A stretch of 63,665 nucleotides of DNA, the filler included, from Octopus bimaculoides (taxonomy: Eukaryota): assembly GCF_001194135.2 (NCBI RefSeq). It is 4 parts of 3 records of this genome, joined end to end, with 100 filler letters (N's around TTAATTAATTAA, not from the genome) between each part and the next. Parts side by side here need not be neighbours in the genome. Positions count along the whole stretch, not along the records: positions 1 to 24,444 come from NC_068983.1; 3 more parts are not named here. One strand, written 5' to 3'. Of this stretch, positions 1-11,881 are shown one piece after another. The translations under genes were made by a program, and so were the position numbers. Each line of letters opens with the position of its first letter. Position 1 is the stretch's first letter. A model generated the notes under the pieces. The model worked only from the letters and a program-made list of their open reading frames with translations, made no database searches and was not told where the DNA came from.

Positions 1-490
1 ATATATACACACAACGAAGAAAAAATGAAGAACAGGACAAGTAAACACAGACAACTTCATTAGTTGTCAGCTGTCTATCTACACCTCATTTCGAGCATTC
101 GACAACAATATGAGTCTTCAAAGACTGTTACTCCCATTAATTATAAAATAAAATTTAGGATTTATGGAGGGTCAAATTTGGAAACAACAACATGACAGTG
201 GAGACATACAAGGAAACCGAATGAAAACAGACATGGAGGGTCATTAGACCAGAATGAGAGGAAAATAGCAAATGCTGTGAGAAATATTATTTACAATTTA
301 TGGGAGCAACTGTCTTTGAAGACTCATATTGTCATTGAATGCTCATAATGAGGAGAAGATAGACAGCCGATAACTGGTGAATGGTCCTTTCTCTATGTTT
401 ACTTGTCCTTTTGTCTACTTTTTATCCCATTTGTTTACATATTTCATGTTGTTTGAACTGTTGGTGATGTCCTGTACCCATATATACATG

Positions 491-532
<42 letters not shown>

Positions 533-714
533 TATATATTATTTACTATTTATTATTTAATTGAACACCACACATCCATTTCCAAGTAAGTTTATCTTCA
601 TCCTTTTGATGCAACTCTCTTCTCTATACTGTTTTCTTCCTCCATCCTTCTCTAATCCCCTTTTTCTCTCCCTCTTTCCTTCACCGTTTTCTATCTGTCT
701 CTCTCTCCCCCTCT

Positions 715-764
<50 letters not shown>

Positions 765-1285
765 GCTCACATGTGACCAACATCCATCTTTCTTTTCCTC
801 GTGTGACCATCTCTCTTTTCCTGCATGAACGTTCAAAAGAGAAGACGTATTTTTTCTCCATCTTCTATCTTCTCTCTTTTCAAAAAAATATTTCTCACAG
901 CACTCACTATTCTCCTCTCATTCTGGTCTAACGACCCTCCATGTTTATTTCCATTTGGTTTCTTTGTATGTCTCCACTGTCATGTTTTTGTTCCCAACTT
1001 TGACCCTCCATAAATCCAAAATTTTATTTTAGAATTAATCGGAGTAACTGTCTTTGAAGACTCACATTGTTGTTGAATGCTTAAAATGAGGAGAAGATAA
1101 GCAGCCAAAAACTGATGAAGGGTCTTTCTCTCTGTCTACTTGTCCTGTTCTCCATTTATTTTCGTTGTGTATGTATTTAACCCATTTGTTTATGTATTTC
1201 ATGTTGTTTGAACTGTTGGTGATGTCCTGTACCCGTATATGTATGTATATGTATATATTATTTACTATTTATCATTTAATTGCAC
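1..1285. mobile_element. Penelope-like (PLE) pseudo-LTR relic: three diverged copies of one repeat, one inverted (~1-280 minus; ~305-560 and ~905-1280 plus)
   Basis: 1-280 is the diverged reverse complement of ~905-1186 (AACAGGACAAGTA vs TACTTGTCCTGTT); 305-560 is a direct copy of ~1045-1280 (CTGTCTTTGAAGACTCA...GATGTCCTGTACCC). Mixed direct and inverted terminal repeats are typical of PLEs. No ORF remains, so the class is inferred. Confidence 0.5.
700..760. repeat. (TC)n microsatellite
   Basis: Directly visible dinucleotide run. Confidence 0.95.
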
Positions 1286-1309
1286 CATCTGAGCATTATC
1301 GTTGCTAGA

Positions 1310-1415
1310 GCAGCTGACTGGCTTCTGTGCCGGTGGCACGTAAAAAGCACCACTCGAGCATGATCATTACCAGCGTGGCCTTACCAGCGCTTGCGCCGGT
1401 GGCACGTGAAAAAAT
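1310..1415 (+). mobile_element. SINE fragment with duplicated GCCGGTGGCACGT(A/G)AAAA motif
   Basis: The motif occurs twice; a related segment (GCTTTTACGTGTCACC, minus strand) lies at ~48023-48175. Confidence 0.5.
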
Positions 1416-2991
1416 ATTTTCACTTGTCCGGCCATTGATCAAGAGATAAAACACAAACCACCTCCTGCTGACTGCAAAACTCCCGCCAAATTAGCTGCAA
1501 AAACACACACACATGTCTATTTCATATGTCTTTCACTTTCTCTATGATTATACACACGTCCAATACAATGGTTCTCACATACATTTTCGTCTTCAACAGG
1601 TATGTATCTATTCTATAATATAAATTTTTTTCTATAAGCGTATAACAATTACTTATTCCATACTTCTTTACTTAGCTTTAATCTTCACTTTTCTTAAATT
1701 GGATACGTCTGGTATTAATTCTTACATACAATTTCCCTGTTAATTCTTACAGCTTCATTTTCTGTTAAAGCAATTCTTAACGTCAACTTCTTAATGCCTC
1801 TTCTATTTTTTCCTAGCTGCCACTACTTACCAAGAACATCAATTAAAACTTTTTCTAATGCAATTCCCATTTCTTCTGCCATTAACACAACCAGTTGCAG
1901 ACACACCTTACTGTTTCTCATTCAAACCACATAATATGCAGAATTGTCGCATTAATACAGTAGGGTGTTTTGAGGGAGATTTGGTTGCTATTTCTACCAG
2001 GTATACCTACCATGTAGAGGTCTGAACTTATTTTTCATTCACAGATTTGCATTTCAAACATTTAACATAATCTTTTTCATAAATCAACTATTGTAAAAAT
2101 TTTCTACCGCGACCTCACTTTTTCTATGTATGTGTGTGTACCTTAAACGACGTGATTAGACAGAGGTCCAATAGAATAGTTCTCATAAACAGACTACCTA
2201 GAAATTCTTTCTTCACAACTCCTGAAGNNNNNNNNNNNNNNNNNNNNNNNNNNNNNNNNNNNNNNNNNNNNNNNNNNNNNNNNNNNNNNNNNNNNNNNNN
2301 NNNNNNNNNNNNNNNNNNNNNNNNNNNNNNNNNNNNNNNNNNNNNNNNNNNNNNNNNNNNNNNNNNNNNNNNNNNNNNNNNNNNNNNNNNNNNNNNNNNN
2401 NNNNNNNNNNNNNNNNNNNNNNNNNNNNNNNNNNNNNNNNNNNNNNNNNNNNNNNNNNNNNNNNNNNNNNNNNNNNNNNNNNNNNNNNNNNNNNNNNNNN
2501 NNNNNNNNNNNNNNNNNNNNNNNNNNNNNNNNNNNNNNNNNNNNNNNNNNNNNNNNNNNNNNNNNNNNNNNNNNNNNNNNNNNNNNNNNNNNNNNNNNNN
2601 NNNNNNNNNNNNNNNNNNNNNNNNNNNNNNNNNNNNNNNNNNNNNNNNNNNNNNNNNNNNNNNNNNNNNNNNNNNNNNNNNNNNNNNNNNNNNNNNNNNN
2701 NNNNNNATATATATATACTGATGTTTGTTTCATGTCAATTTATATATAAAAACAATTTACCATCAAACTGAAGAATTACTCAATACTTTTCAATAGAGTA
2801 CATGTTTATGAAACTGTGACAAGAAGGCTATCAATGACTTCAAAGTTTTGGCTAAGTACACTTGATCAGATAGTTCTAACAAGCTGAAACTTTGAAGTCT
2901 CTGTTTTCCATACAGACATGGGTTGAACAATTTGAAAGGATCTTTTTAGTTGGAGGACCATGTTGTGCTCCAATTTCTCAGCGGTGGCATG

Positions 2992-3005
2992 GTTTCTATG
3001 GCAAC
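2992..3005. promoter_or_regulatory. RFX X-box-like motif GTTTCTATGGCAAC (possibly just part of a repeat)
   Basis: Match to the X-box consensus only; no linked gene is visible. Confidence 0.2.
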
Positions 3006-3179
3006 CACTTTACAAAGTGCTCGGGGTACTTTTTTTTATGGTGGCATCATCTATAGCAAGATTACCTGACAGAGACATTACAAGTGAATGGAAAATAAGA
3101 GAGAGAGCAATGAGTTTAGACAATGTGATGAAAGAGTTAGAGTATGGAAAAAAAAGAACAAATATATTCTTTTGAAAAA

Positions 3180-4030
3180 GCGGTAGTGAAGAAAGCAACA
3201 TAGTAGACACTGTTGGGAGAGGCAGTATGGAAAGGATAGGGTAAAGAAGAATGAATTTGTGTCAAGGTTAGTGAAAGGAAGAGAAGGACAAAGCAAACAA
3301 AAGGGAGAGAAGGACAGAGCAAAGATGATGGGGTGAGTTATATAGAAGGGATCCAGTGCTATGTTATAAGGATGAATATGGATAGAAGATGTTGTGGAAA
3401 GGAAACATGAAATGAGAAAGGTGAGAATCTGGAGAGGGCCATGTAGAGATGTAGGGATTATGGACAAGTAGAGAGAGTAAAAGAGAGAGGGAGGAAGAGA
3501 GAGTGTTGAAAAGTAAAAGATGAATCCAGAGAAATAATGGAGAGGAAGAGAGACAGTGGGGAACTGAAGGCAAGTGCAGCAAGTGCATCCTAACCATCAA
3601 CATTCCTCTTGTTAGTACACTCTCCACCATGCTTGCCTGAGACAGCAGGTTTTCTCCAGAACAGCATGTACTAGAGTTGTACTTGAATTGGAATCAATTC
3701 AATTTGATTGACTCAATCACTTCCCAAAGAATTTGTGATATTGCACCAATGTATGAAATTATTGTCTACTGTGATGGCACTGAAGTTCATCACTATCAGA
3801 GAATCCTCAGCAATACAAAAGAATTCATGTTTCAGCCATTTAAGTACCTTATATCTCCATCTGGTTGGCTAGTATTGAATCAGGACACCCTACTCAATAT
3901 TTCCGTCAGTATTTTTCTCCCTCTTTTTCTTTTATTCAGGCTGAAGGTTCCCAGTGCTAAGATTTAAAACCTGAATTGGACACCCACCATCTGGCCACCG
4001 TCACTATTATTTCTTCCAATGCAAGAAAAC
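3180..4030 (-). mobile_element. Highly degenerate Penelope-like 3' relic (GIY-YIG C-terminus plus pyrimidine-rich tail)
   Basis: The minus strand at 3928-3969 reads, with frameshifts, FK-LST-EPS-LNKR, resembling the PLE endonuclease terminus (xLxTLxPxGLN); low-complexity C/T-rich minus-strand sequence follows. Confidence 0.3.
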
Positions 4031-4644
4031 CTTATCTATACAATATATTTCAATACATAGAATCTTTCAATATGCAGCCTGCAATTTCTGTAAATATTTT
4101 TGTCTTTTTCTATTTTGTGTGTGGTGGGTAGTTGTTGTTGCTGTTAGTCCCTATTTCAGCCTTTAACAAGCAGACCTATTATCATAGACAGTCTATGTCT
4201 TCATTCCAGACACAGCATATCTAAAAACACATTATCCAAAATACCATTCTTTTTTAAGATGTTAGCTTAGGTCTCCTTACTAGTTTGTTTGTGTGTGAGT
4301 ATTATTTTCCATATTTTCTTTTCACTTGTTGAATCTGGAAGAAGGGTCATTGCCCAGGACTTTTGCAAGATGAGCTTCATGTAGTTTTGATGTTGCAGGT
4401 CAATACTTGCAGTAAAGACACAATCAGAGAAAAAATTCTAGAGGGCTGATGTTGTGAAGAGAAAGGACTGGGAATAATGGTTTATGGGGGGGGGGGCTAA
4501 GAGGTAGACTACCAGAGAGACAAGAGGTTGAAAGAGATGTGGGATGGGGGTACCTGAGTAGTGGAGATACAAGCCCAACTAGTTCCAAGGAATAGAGTTT
4601 ATAGAGACAGTGACAGAAAATACTAAGAGAGAATACAAAACACA

Positions 4645-5010
4645 TTATGAGTCAGAAGCTGGAGTATATTCATTAGTAATTGAACACCGATTAATTGAGT
4701 GGCTCTTCTCTGGATGCAGTTCTGAATGTTTGTATGCATAGTAACAACATTGACCTAGAGGTGGGAGAAGTATTCCATTGTGAACCTCACTTAAACCTTG
4801 TAGAGTATCAGCGGCTTTTGCAGGCAGCTGAAGTATTTCCAAACCATGAAGAGAAGAACAGGCTTCAAGATGCCGTTCTAGGTATGTTGAGGATATTCTT
4901 TTGCCAGGAGAAATCTTTGGTGATAGCAAGGCCCAAAATTTGAAGTGATTATGAGAGCTTTAGCTTGGTGTTGTTCATGTTTAGTGGGGTGTTGTATGAT
5001 TGTGATTTCT
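4645..5010 (-). pseudogene. CR1/L2-group LINE fragment, region downstream of the RT core
   Basis: Minus-strand translation gives LQILGLAITKDFSWQKNILNI, then after a frameshift WKYFSCLQKPLILYKV*VRFTMEYFSHL*...IQRRATQLIG, matching the CR1-type LYKxxVRPxMEYCSHIW...IQRRAxRLI signature, with stops. Confidence 0.8.
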
Positions 5011-5601
5011 TGATATGAGTAGTGCTTAGTATTTTTACTGTAGAAGCCATACTAGTAATCACTGAGGGGACTGAGAAAGAGAGAGAGATTCAAGGTGTTG
5101 GAGGACATCATTGTTAATAGGTATCTGTAGGTGTGTATGTGTGTATATGTAGATGTCTGAGTGTATGAGTGTGTGTATGCAGATATGTTTGTGTATCGGT
5201 GTCATGATGTGTGTGTGCACATGTTTATGTGTGGATGTGTAAGTGTGTTGGAAACAGAGATGGAAAACAGAAAGACAGACAGACAGAATTAGTTCATGAA
5301 ATATTCAAAAGCCCCCAAAGAAAAATATAACCAAAAACAAATGCAACAATAAACTAATCAGTAAATAAGAAAAAAGTAATAGAGAAGCCAGAGAGAATTG
5401 AGTATATGATCTGATGGCATTTTCCTTCTCTTATAAAGGACAAGTAATTTATTTTATATACCACCATTACAGTACAGATAGTAGTTGATATATGTGTGCA
5501 TGTATGCTTGTATGTATACATAATTATCTACCTATTTATCTACACCACCCCACACACATTTATGCATATATTATACACAGATGTATATGCATATACAGAT
5601 A

Positions 5602-5606
<5 letters not shown>

Positions 5607-5660
<54 letters not shown>
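5607..5660. repeat. (TA)n microsatellite
   Basis: Directly visible. Confidence 0.95.
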
Positions 5661-5669
<9 letters not shown>

Positions 5670-6516
5670 AATAGATATATAGATACAAAGACAGACAGAC
5701 AGACAAACAGACAGGCAAGTGTATATATAGAGAGAGTGAGAGACAAATACCCACACATACATATATCTATACATACATATATGTACACATGTATCAGGAG
5801 TTATTTGAAACAAATTCTAGAAACATTAAATTTACATGCAGTTAACATTGTGTGTGTATGTGTGTGTATGAGTGTGTGTGTGTATGAGTGTGTGTGTGTG
5901 TGTGTGTGTGTACATTTACACACAGAAACATATCGAGAATAAACTCTGTAAATGCTAAACAAAATGTCAAACTACAATACCCTTTCCAAAAGATCAATAC
6001 TCTAGTGGAAACAAATGCACTTACACACATACAACACACACTTGTGTACACGATCACACACATACAATCTTGCATGTAAATACATATATGTTATATGTGT
6101 GTATTTATACATATTGCACCAGAAAATACTGTCCTTTTCTAAGCAACATGACTTTATTCATTGCAATAAATTATTTAAAACCATTCCTAGTTAGTTTTAT
6201 ATTACAATTAAAATGGCACCAACAGCTGTAATAAGTTTCTTACACCAGTTTAAAGATAGAAATGTGTTACAGGGAATGGATGTACATGATTCAGTCAATT
6301 CTGATACATGCCTGGTACTATTTTATCAACCCCAGAATAAAGGAATGCAATGATGACATCTAGGATTAAGGAAGTAGGAAGAAGGACAATCAAATATTAT
6401 TCAAGCAGACTACCATTTCTACCTCTCCACTGTTCTCAACACTATAATAATTATTGTTTCTAATATAGGTACAAGACTGGAAATTTGGTGTGTGTGTGTG
6501 CTTGTGTGTGTGTGTG

Positions 6517-6650
6517 GTGGGGTGAGTTAATCCATTAAATTTAACCCAGTATTTCACTGGCATTTTACCAATCTCAAAAGAGCTAAAGGCAAAGTTGACC
6601 TCAGCAGGATATGAACTCAGAATGTAAAAGAACCAGAACAAATATCACAG
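6517..6650 (-). mobile_element. SINE family 3 fragment (tRNA-like head, (TTA)n-tail family)
   Basis: Shares AGGCAAAGTTGACCTCAGCAGGATATGAACTCAGAATGTA with the copies at 9419-9625 and 10330-10535. Confidence 0.7.
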
Positions 6651-6759
6651 ATGCACTTTTTCATTTTTAAATATATCCAAAAGCTGCTCTGTGGCTGTAT
6701 TAATGGATAGGAGATTGAACAAAATAGACTAGGGAGCAAGATGAGCACAAGTCTGCTGG

Positions 6760-9367
6760 ACACAAAATTGATACTAATAACAAAATATTGTATAAGTATG
6801 CTGTGTTAATTATGAAGAGAGGTTAAAACACAAGCTCTGATGGTATAAAATTACCATATGATAATATCATTAGATTGCCATGGAATAATAAAGGATATGA
6901 ATACCTAGAAATACTGCAAGACAATAGGATAATGAAAGGAAGAAATGAAAGAGAAAATCTCCAAAGAGTAAAAGAGAAGAATTAGGAAGGTGCTCAAAGC
7001 AAAATTAAACAGAGGAAATATCATTAAAGCAATAAATGCATGGATTATGCCAGTATTAAGATATTCCACTCCCTTTCTAAATACAGACAAAGATCAAGCT
7101 ACAGAACTTAAATAGAAGTGTAGTGAAACTAACACCTCGATCGCCATTACATACAAAACTACCTATCGCCATTAGATACAAAACCACTATCGCCATTACA
7201 TCCAATCTTCTCATTTAAATATAAACACATTCCCTGTCATCACGTGACTGATTATTATTTGAAGCGGCAACTTCTTCGAACCGTTCCCGCCAGAACGCAA
7301 ACTGACCTATCACGGCCCCTAATAAGGTCACGTGATAGAGTATTTTTCTGAAGCCTTCGGGAGCCGATATTTCGCTAGAAATAGACCAACTCATACCCAG
7401 CAAATTTGTCTCGGTTCAGTTCTCTTTGAGATCTGTTCCGTGTACCACACGACAACAGCAACAGCAGTTCCAGCGACACATCAACAGCTTCGTCCAACGA
7501 TGACCACCAACGACGCCGCCACATCAGCAACACAATTCTACGATTACTACTAACCAGCATCAATCTCCACCAGCGTCAACACAACTTTCTATGTACNNNN
7601 NNNNNNNNNNNNNNNNNNNNNNNNNNNNNNNNNNNNNNNNNNNNNNNNNNNNNNNNNNNNNNNNNNNNNNNNNNNNNNNNNNNNNNNNNNNNNNNNNNNN
7701 NNNNNNNNNNNNNNNNNNNNNNNNNNNNNNNNNNNNNNNNNNNNNNNNNNNNNNNNNNNNNNNNNNNNNNNNNNNNNNNNNNNNNNNNNNNNNNNNNNNN
7801 NNNNNNNNNNNNNNNNNNNNNNNNNNNNNNNNNNNNNNNNNNNNGTATAACAAGAATCTGCCCTGGCATTGAAGCCAACACACAACTAGTGATAAGCTCT
7901 GCCACACATACGCCTCAACTTCTTTCTCATACAGACTCTTCCTATCGTGTACTCAAGAACTGGTATAAATGCTCATGTGTTACTGACTCTCTTTTCTATC
8001 TGCTGTAATATCTCACATACACATACATGTATCACTCACATATCTCTTTTCTTTATATGACGGCCTGTCTTTTATTATGTTTTTATATGTCGCATTCACA
8101 CTCACACACAGACATACATCTATAATGTCACAATAAATATCTCTGTTATTCATTTCATACGGTTGCCTTCTATCGTCTCTTCATTACTGGTATTTACGAA
8201 TTCACATATGTTATCGTAGTATAACATATTATGTATATCATCATTGATATATAATTTTGTGTTCGACAGTGTGACGCGTATAAATAAAAGGAGTCCTGTT
8301 TTTCCATTCGTCACCATTTTTCCTTTTTGAGTTCGCACGGTCGTTCCTACAGAAGAATTAGGAATCTGTTCACAATGCACAATGCACATCACCCTATAAG
8401 TAATACCATTAGATTCAACCTATCAAGAAAGAAAGGAGGTAGAGGATTACTAAATATAGAAGACACTATTAATGCTGTGATATTGGGGTTGTAAAATTGT
8501 GTTGAACAGTGTGAAAGAAAAATACTATTGACAGCTACAGATCTCCAAAAAGTTATTGAAACAGGAGAATTCAAGAACAGAAGGAAGAACAACAGAACAA
8601 GCAAATGGAAAGAAATGGAAATATATGATGAATTCATGCAACAAACTGAAAATACCGGAAGTAGTGAATGCTGGTTATGGCTGATGGATAGAAACCTGAA
8701 ACAAAAGAACAAATTACCAATTATAGCCCTTCAGGAACAAACCATTAAAATCAACAAAACTCAGTCAGAGTGCATATATAAAATCTGCAGGTAAGGAGAT
8801 GAAAGTATTAATCATATCTTGAGTGAATACAGGAAGCTAGTACAAAAAGAGTATAAATGCAAGTATGACTGTATAGGTAAAGGAATGCATTGAGAGGTTA
8901 GTCAAGTGTGTGGTTCCAAAATAACAAGAGCCAGAGGGTGTGATGGAGAATAAGAATTACAGGATTAAAGGCTGACCATACTATTGAAGCAAGAAGACTA
9001 AATATGATTATAGAAAACAAAATAAACAATGTAAGATCAAAGACCCTGCAATACCATATGACAAGAGCATGTATACCAAAGAAATTTAAAAGATTGAGAA
9101 ATATGAAGACTTAGCCAGAGGGTTGAAGAGATTGTGGAAGTCTAAGACAACAGTTTTTTTCTGTGTAATCAGTGCACTTGGCACAACACTCAAACTGGAA
9201 CCTAAAGACTCGAAGGTATTTGAATTGAGACTTGCATTGTTGACCTGTAGAAAGTGCCATCCTGTATTCTGCAAGAATCCAAAGAAAGATTCTTGAAATT
9301 TGAAGACACTTGTCGCCAAACCTCAACATAACATTCTTGGTAATTAAATTAGCATGTAATAGCTTTG

Positions 9368-9418
<51 letters not shown>
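6760..9418 (+). mobile_element. 5'-truncated, decayed R4/Dong-clade (RLE) non-LTR retrotransposon, interrupted by LTR-C at 7119-8351; (TAA)n tail at 9370-9418
   Basis: Translates as GYEYLEILQD...KLNRGNIIKAINAWIMPVLRY, continues across the insertion as NRRIRNLFTMHNAHHP...KKGGRGL, then SKWKEM, the CCHC region (CR*GDESINHILS) and the RLE tail ending RKILEI*. Many stops and frameshifts. Confidence 0.85.
7119..8351 (+). mobile_element. LTR-C copy 1: long solo-LTR-like element, TG...CA ends, 4-bp TSD GAAG
   Basis: Starts TGTAGTG and ends CCTACA; GAAG at 7115-7118 and 8352-8355; excision restores the LINE reading frame. Contains three TATCGCCATTA-type subrepeats, two CACGTG motifs, a CpG-rich core and AATAAA. 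Internal N gap. Strand assigned from the polyA signal. Confidence 0.8.
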
Positions 9419-9419
<1 letters not shown>

Positions 9420-9625
9420 CTTTTCTACTATAGGCACAAGGCCTTAAATTTTGAAAGAGGAGACAAGTCAAAATCCCAGTGTTTCACTGGTACTTAATTT
9501 ATCAACCCCAAAGGATGAAAGGCAAAGCCGACCTCGGCAGAATTTGAACTCAGAATGTAGTGACAGGTAAAATGCCATGAAGTATTTTGCCCAGCATGCT
9601 AACAACTCTGTCAGTTCACCGCCTT
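9419..9625 (-). mobile_element. SINE family 3, flanked by (TAA)n
   Basis: Minus strand begins GGCGGTGAACTGACAGAGTTGTTAGC (A-box-like), has GAGTTCAAATTC (B-box) and ends GAAAAGATTATTATT. Confidence 0.8.
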
Positions 9626-9650
9626 AATAATAATAATAATAATAATACTA

Positions 9651-10108
9651 GAGAAAGCAACCATACTCTGGGATATGCCAATACACACAGATAAAGAAAT
9701 TAAGGCCAATAGGCCAGATATAGTTGTTAGAGATCATGAAGAAAAAAATGCTTTCTAATTGATGTATCAATACCAGCAGATGACGTTTCCCTAAAAGAAA
9801 TGGAGAAACTTTCAAAATACAAAGACCTGGAAATAGAAGTAACTCGAATGTGGAATCAAAAAACAGAAACAATTCCCATCATAGTAAGCGCCTTAGGTAT
9901 AATAAAAAAATATTCAGACAAATACATGACAAAATCACCAGGACTTACAAATATATATAACATACAGAAAATTGCANNNNNNNNNNATCCTACGCAAAAC
10001 ACTTTCAATACAGGAACCATAAAAGCATCACAGCAAACCACAGCACATACCCAAGGCACAGAGCTGCGCTCGGTAGTGAAGTGAAAGCACGTTATAAAAA
10101 TAAAACTA

Positions 10109-10141
<33 letters not shown>

Positions 10142-10160
10142 TATAATTATAATTATAATA
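9651..10160 (+). mobile_element. R4/Dong-like LINE 3' fragment, copy 1 (RLE PD..D domain, 3' UTR, TAA tail)
   Basis: EKATILWDMPIHTDKEIKANRPDIVVRD...IDVSIP...EKLSKYKDLEIEVTRMW...IVSALG; flanked by (AAT)n on both sides. Confidence 0.85.
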
Positions 10161-10329
10161 TATAAAGGATTGAGGTAACTCCTCCTGAAGATATAGAGTC
10201 AAAATTAAAAGAAGAGTGCCATTGTTATCTAGTGAACGATATTTCGACATCTTGTGCGTCTTCAACTGGTTCAAAAAATAAATTTGTCAATCTACTTCAT
10301 TTTGCTTTATATATTAAAGCATTGTTTCA

Positions 10330-10535
10330 AATTTTGGCACAAGGCGGGCAATTTTGAGGGGAGGGATGAAGTCACTTGAATCAATCTCAGTGCTCAACTG
10401 GTGCATAATATATCAACTCTGAAAAGATGAAAGGTAAAGTCAGCTTAAGTGGAATTTGAACTCTGAACATAAAAACCCACAAGAAATGCTACTAAGCACT
10501 TTGTCTGACATGCTAACAATTCTGTTAGTTCACCA
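10330..10535 (-). mobile_element. SINE family 3 copy
   Basis: Similar to 9419-9625 (GGAATTTGAACTCTGAACATAAA; GCTAACAATTCTGTTAGTTC). Confidence 0.75.
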
Positions 10536-10568
10536 CATTCATGATAATAACAATAATAATAATAATAT

Positions 10569-11053
10569 GAGAAAGCAACCATACTCTGGGATATGTCAAT
10601 AAAGATAGAGAAATCAAGGACAATAGACCAGATATAGTGGTCAGAGATCACCAAGAAAAAAATGCCTCCTAAATGATGTATCAATACCAACAGGTGACAA
10701 TGTATCTCTAAAAGAAACAGAGAAACTCTCAAAATACAAAGATCTAGAAATAGTGGTAACCCAAATGTGGTGTCTAAAAACAGAAACAATCCTTATAATA
10801 ATAGGTGCATTAGGTATGATTAAAAAACATGCAAATACATACATAACCAAAACATCAGGACTTACAAATGTATATAACATACAGAAAATAGCACCACTAG
10901 GCACCACACACGTCCTATGTAAAGCACTTTCAATACAGTGAAAATAAGAGCACCACAATAAACTACAGCATGTGCTCAAGGTACACAGAGCTGCACTCAG
11001 AAATACAGTGAAAGCATGTGATAAAAATAAAACTACTGAATAATAATAATAAT
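10569..11053 (+). mobile_element. R4/Dong-like LINE 3' fragment, copy 2
   Basis: Same 5' start (GAGAAAGCAACCATACTCTGGGATATG) and 3' end (ATAAAAATAAAACTACTGAATAAT) as copy 1; encodes IIGALGMIKK...IQKIAPLGTTHVL. Confidence 0.85.
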
Positions 11054-11595
11054 GACTTCTTTAGCATCAGTTGTGCTTCTCCGCAGTGCAAAGCCCGTAT
11101 TTCATCTAATCTGATTCTGCTCCTAATTGACTGGGCTATAACTTTTCCATAACTTTTATGAACTGGTCCAGTGACTTGATGCCTCTGAAATTACTTCTAT
11201 CTAAGGCATCTCCCTTGCCCTTGTAGCAGCTGACTATAATGCTGTCACCTATATAGTTAATAACCTGGTTAACTATATGGGTGACCAAATTGTATAACTT
11301 CTGAGAGACCAGAGGTTTTCCCTTTCTTCATATCCTTAATTGCTTTATTGTCAACTCGAATAGCTGACCCCTCTCTTGGGTTCACATAGGGAAGACTCTC
11401 TTTCTCCCATTCTCCACATTTAATAGATTTTCACAGTAACACTTCCACATCTCTTTCTTTTCAGAGTCACTAAGTGCAAGCGCACCATTATCCATCTGTA
11501 CACACTTCTGAGCCATTACATCTAATTCTCTCTAATACACTGTCAAGCAATCTGGAACACCTCAAGTCTTTGATCTTCATGCTGTAAGACATTGG

Positions 11596-11881
11596 TGTAG
11601 GAAGATGTCAGTGGCTGGGGAGCTGACTGGAACTTGGGAGCTGAGCAGAAGAGGAAGGGTGCGCAGGTGACATGCACACAGGTGGGGGAAGATTGTGCCC
11701 TTTTTTAATTGGGGAAGCCGTGAGTGCAGGACGTGTCAGTGCTTCGTCGAGGTGAGGGAAAGCAGCTGCTATTTTTAGCGTTTCGGGATGGGTCACGTGG
11801 AAGGATATGTTACTACCCAACAGGTTTGTGCCAACAAAGAGAAAGTAGGTGTCTTACTTCTAATCTCCTGCATTCACTACA
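11596..11881 (+). repeat. Gypsy A 5' LTR (286 bp)
   Basis: TGTAGGAAGA...CATTCACTACA; aligns with 15018-15281 apart from 18-bp and 4-bp indels. Confidence 0.95.

Noticed and set aside
4695-4943. 82-aa plus-strand ORF with a good AG/GTATGT donor; looked like a host exon
   Set aside because: The minus strand of the same bases encodes a clear CR1/L2-type LINE signature, so the ORF is antisense to a LINE relic.
7143-7200. Short spaced repeats (TATCGCCATTA x3) considered as a CRISPR-like array
   Set aside because: Only three ~25-bp units with related spacers inside an LTR in a eukaryotic genome; no cas genes.
11764-11780. 17-nt identity GCTGCTATTTTTAGCGT between LTR A and the repeat near 30270
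   Set aside because: Short, on different scaffolds, flanks unrelated; cannot be distinguished from chance.
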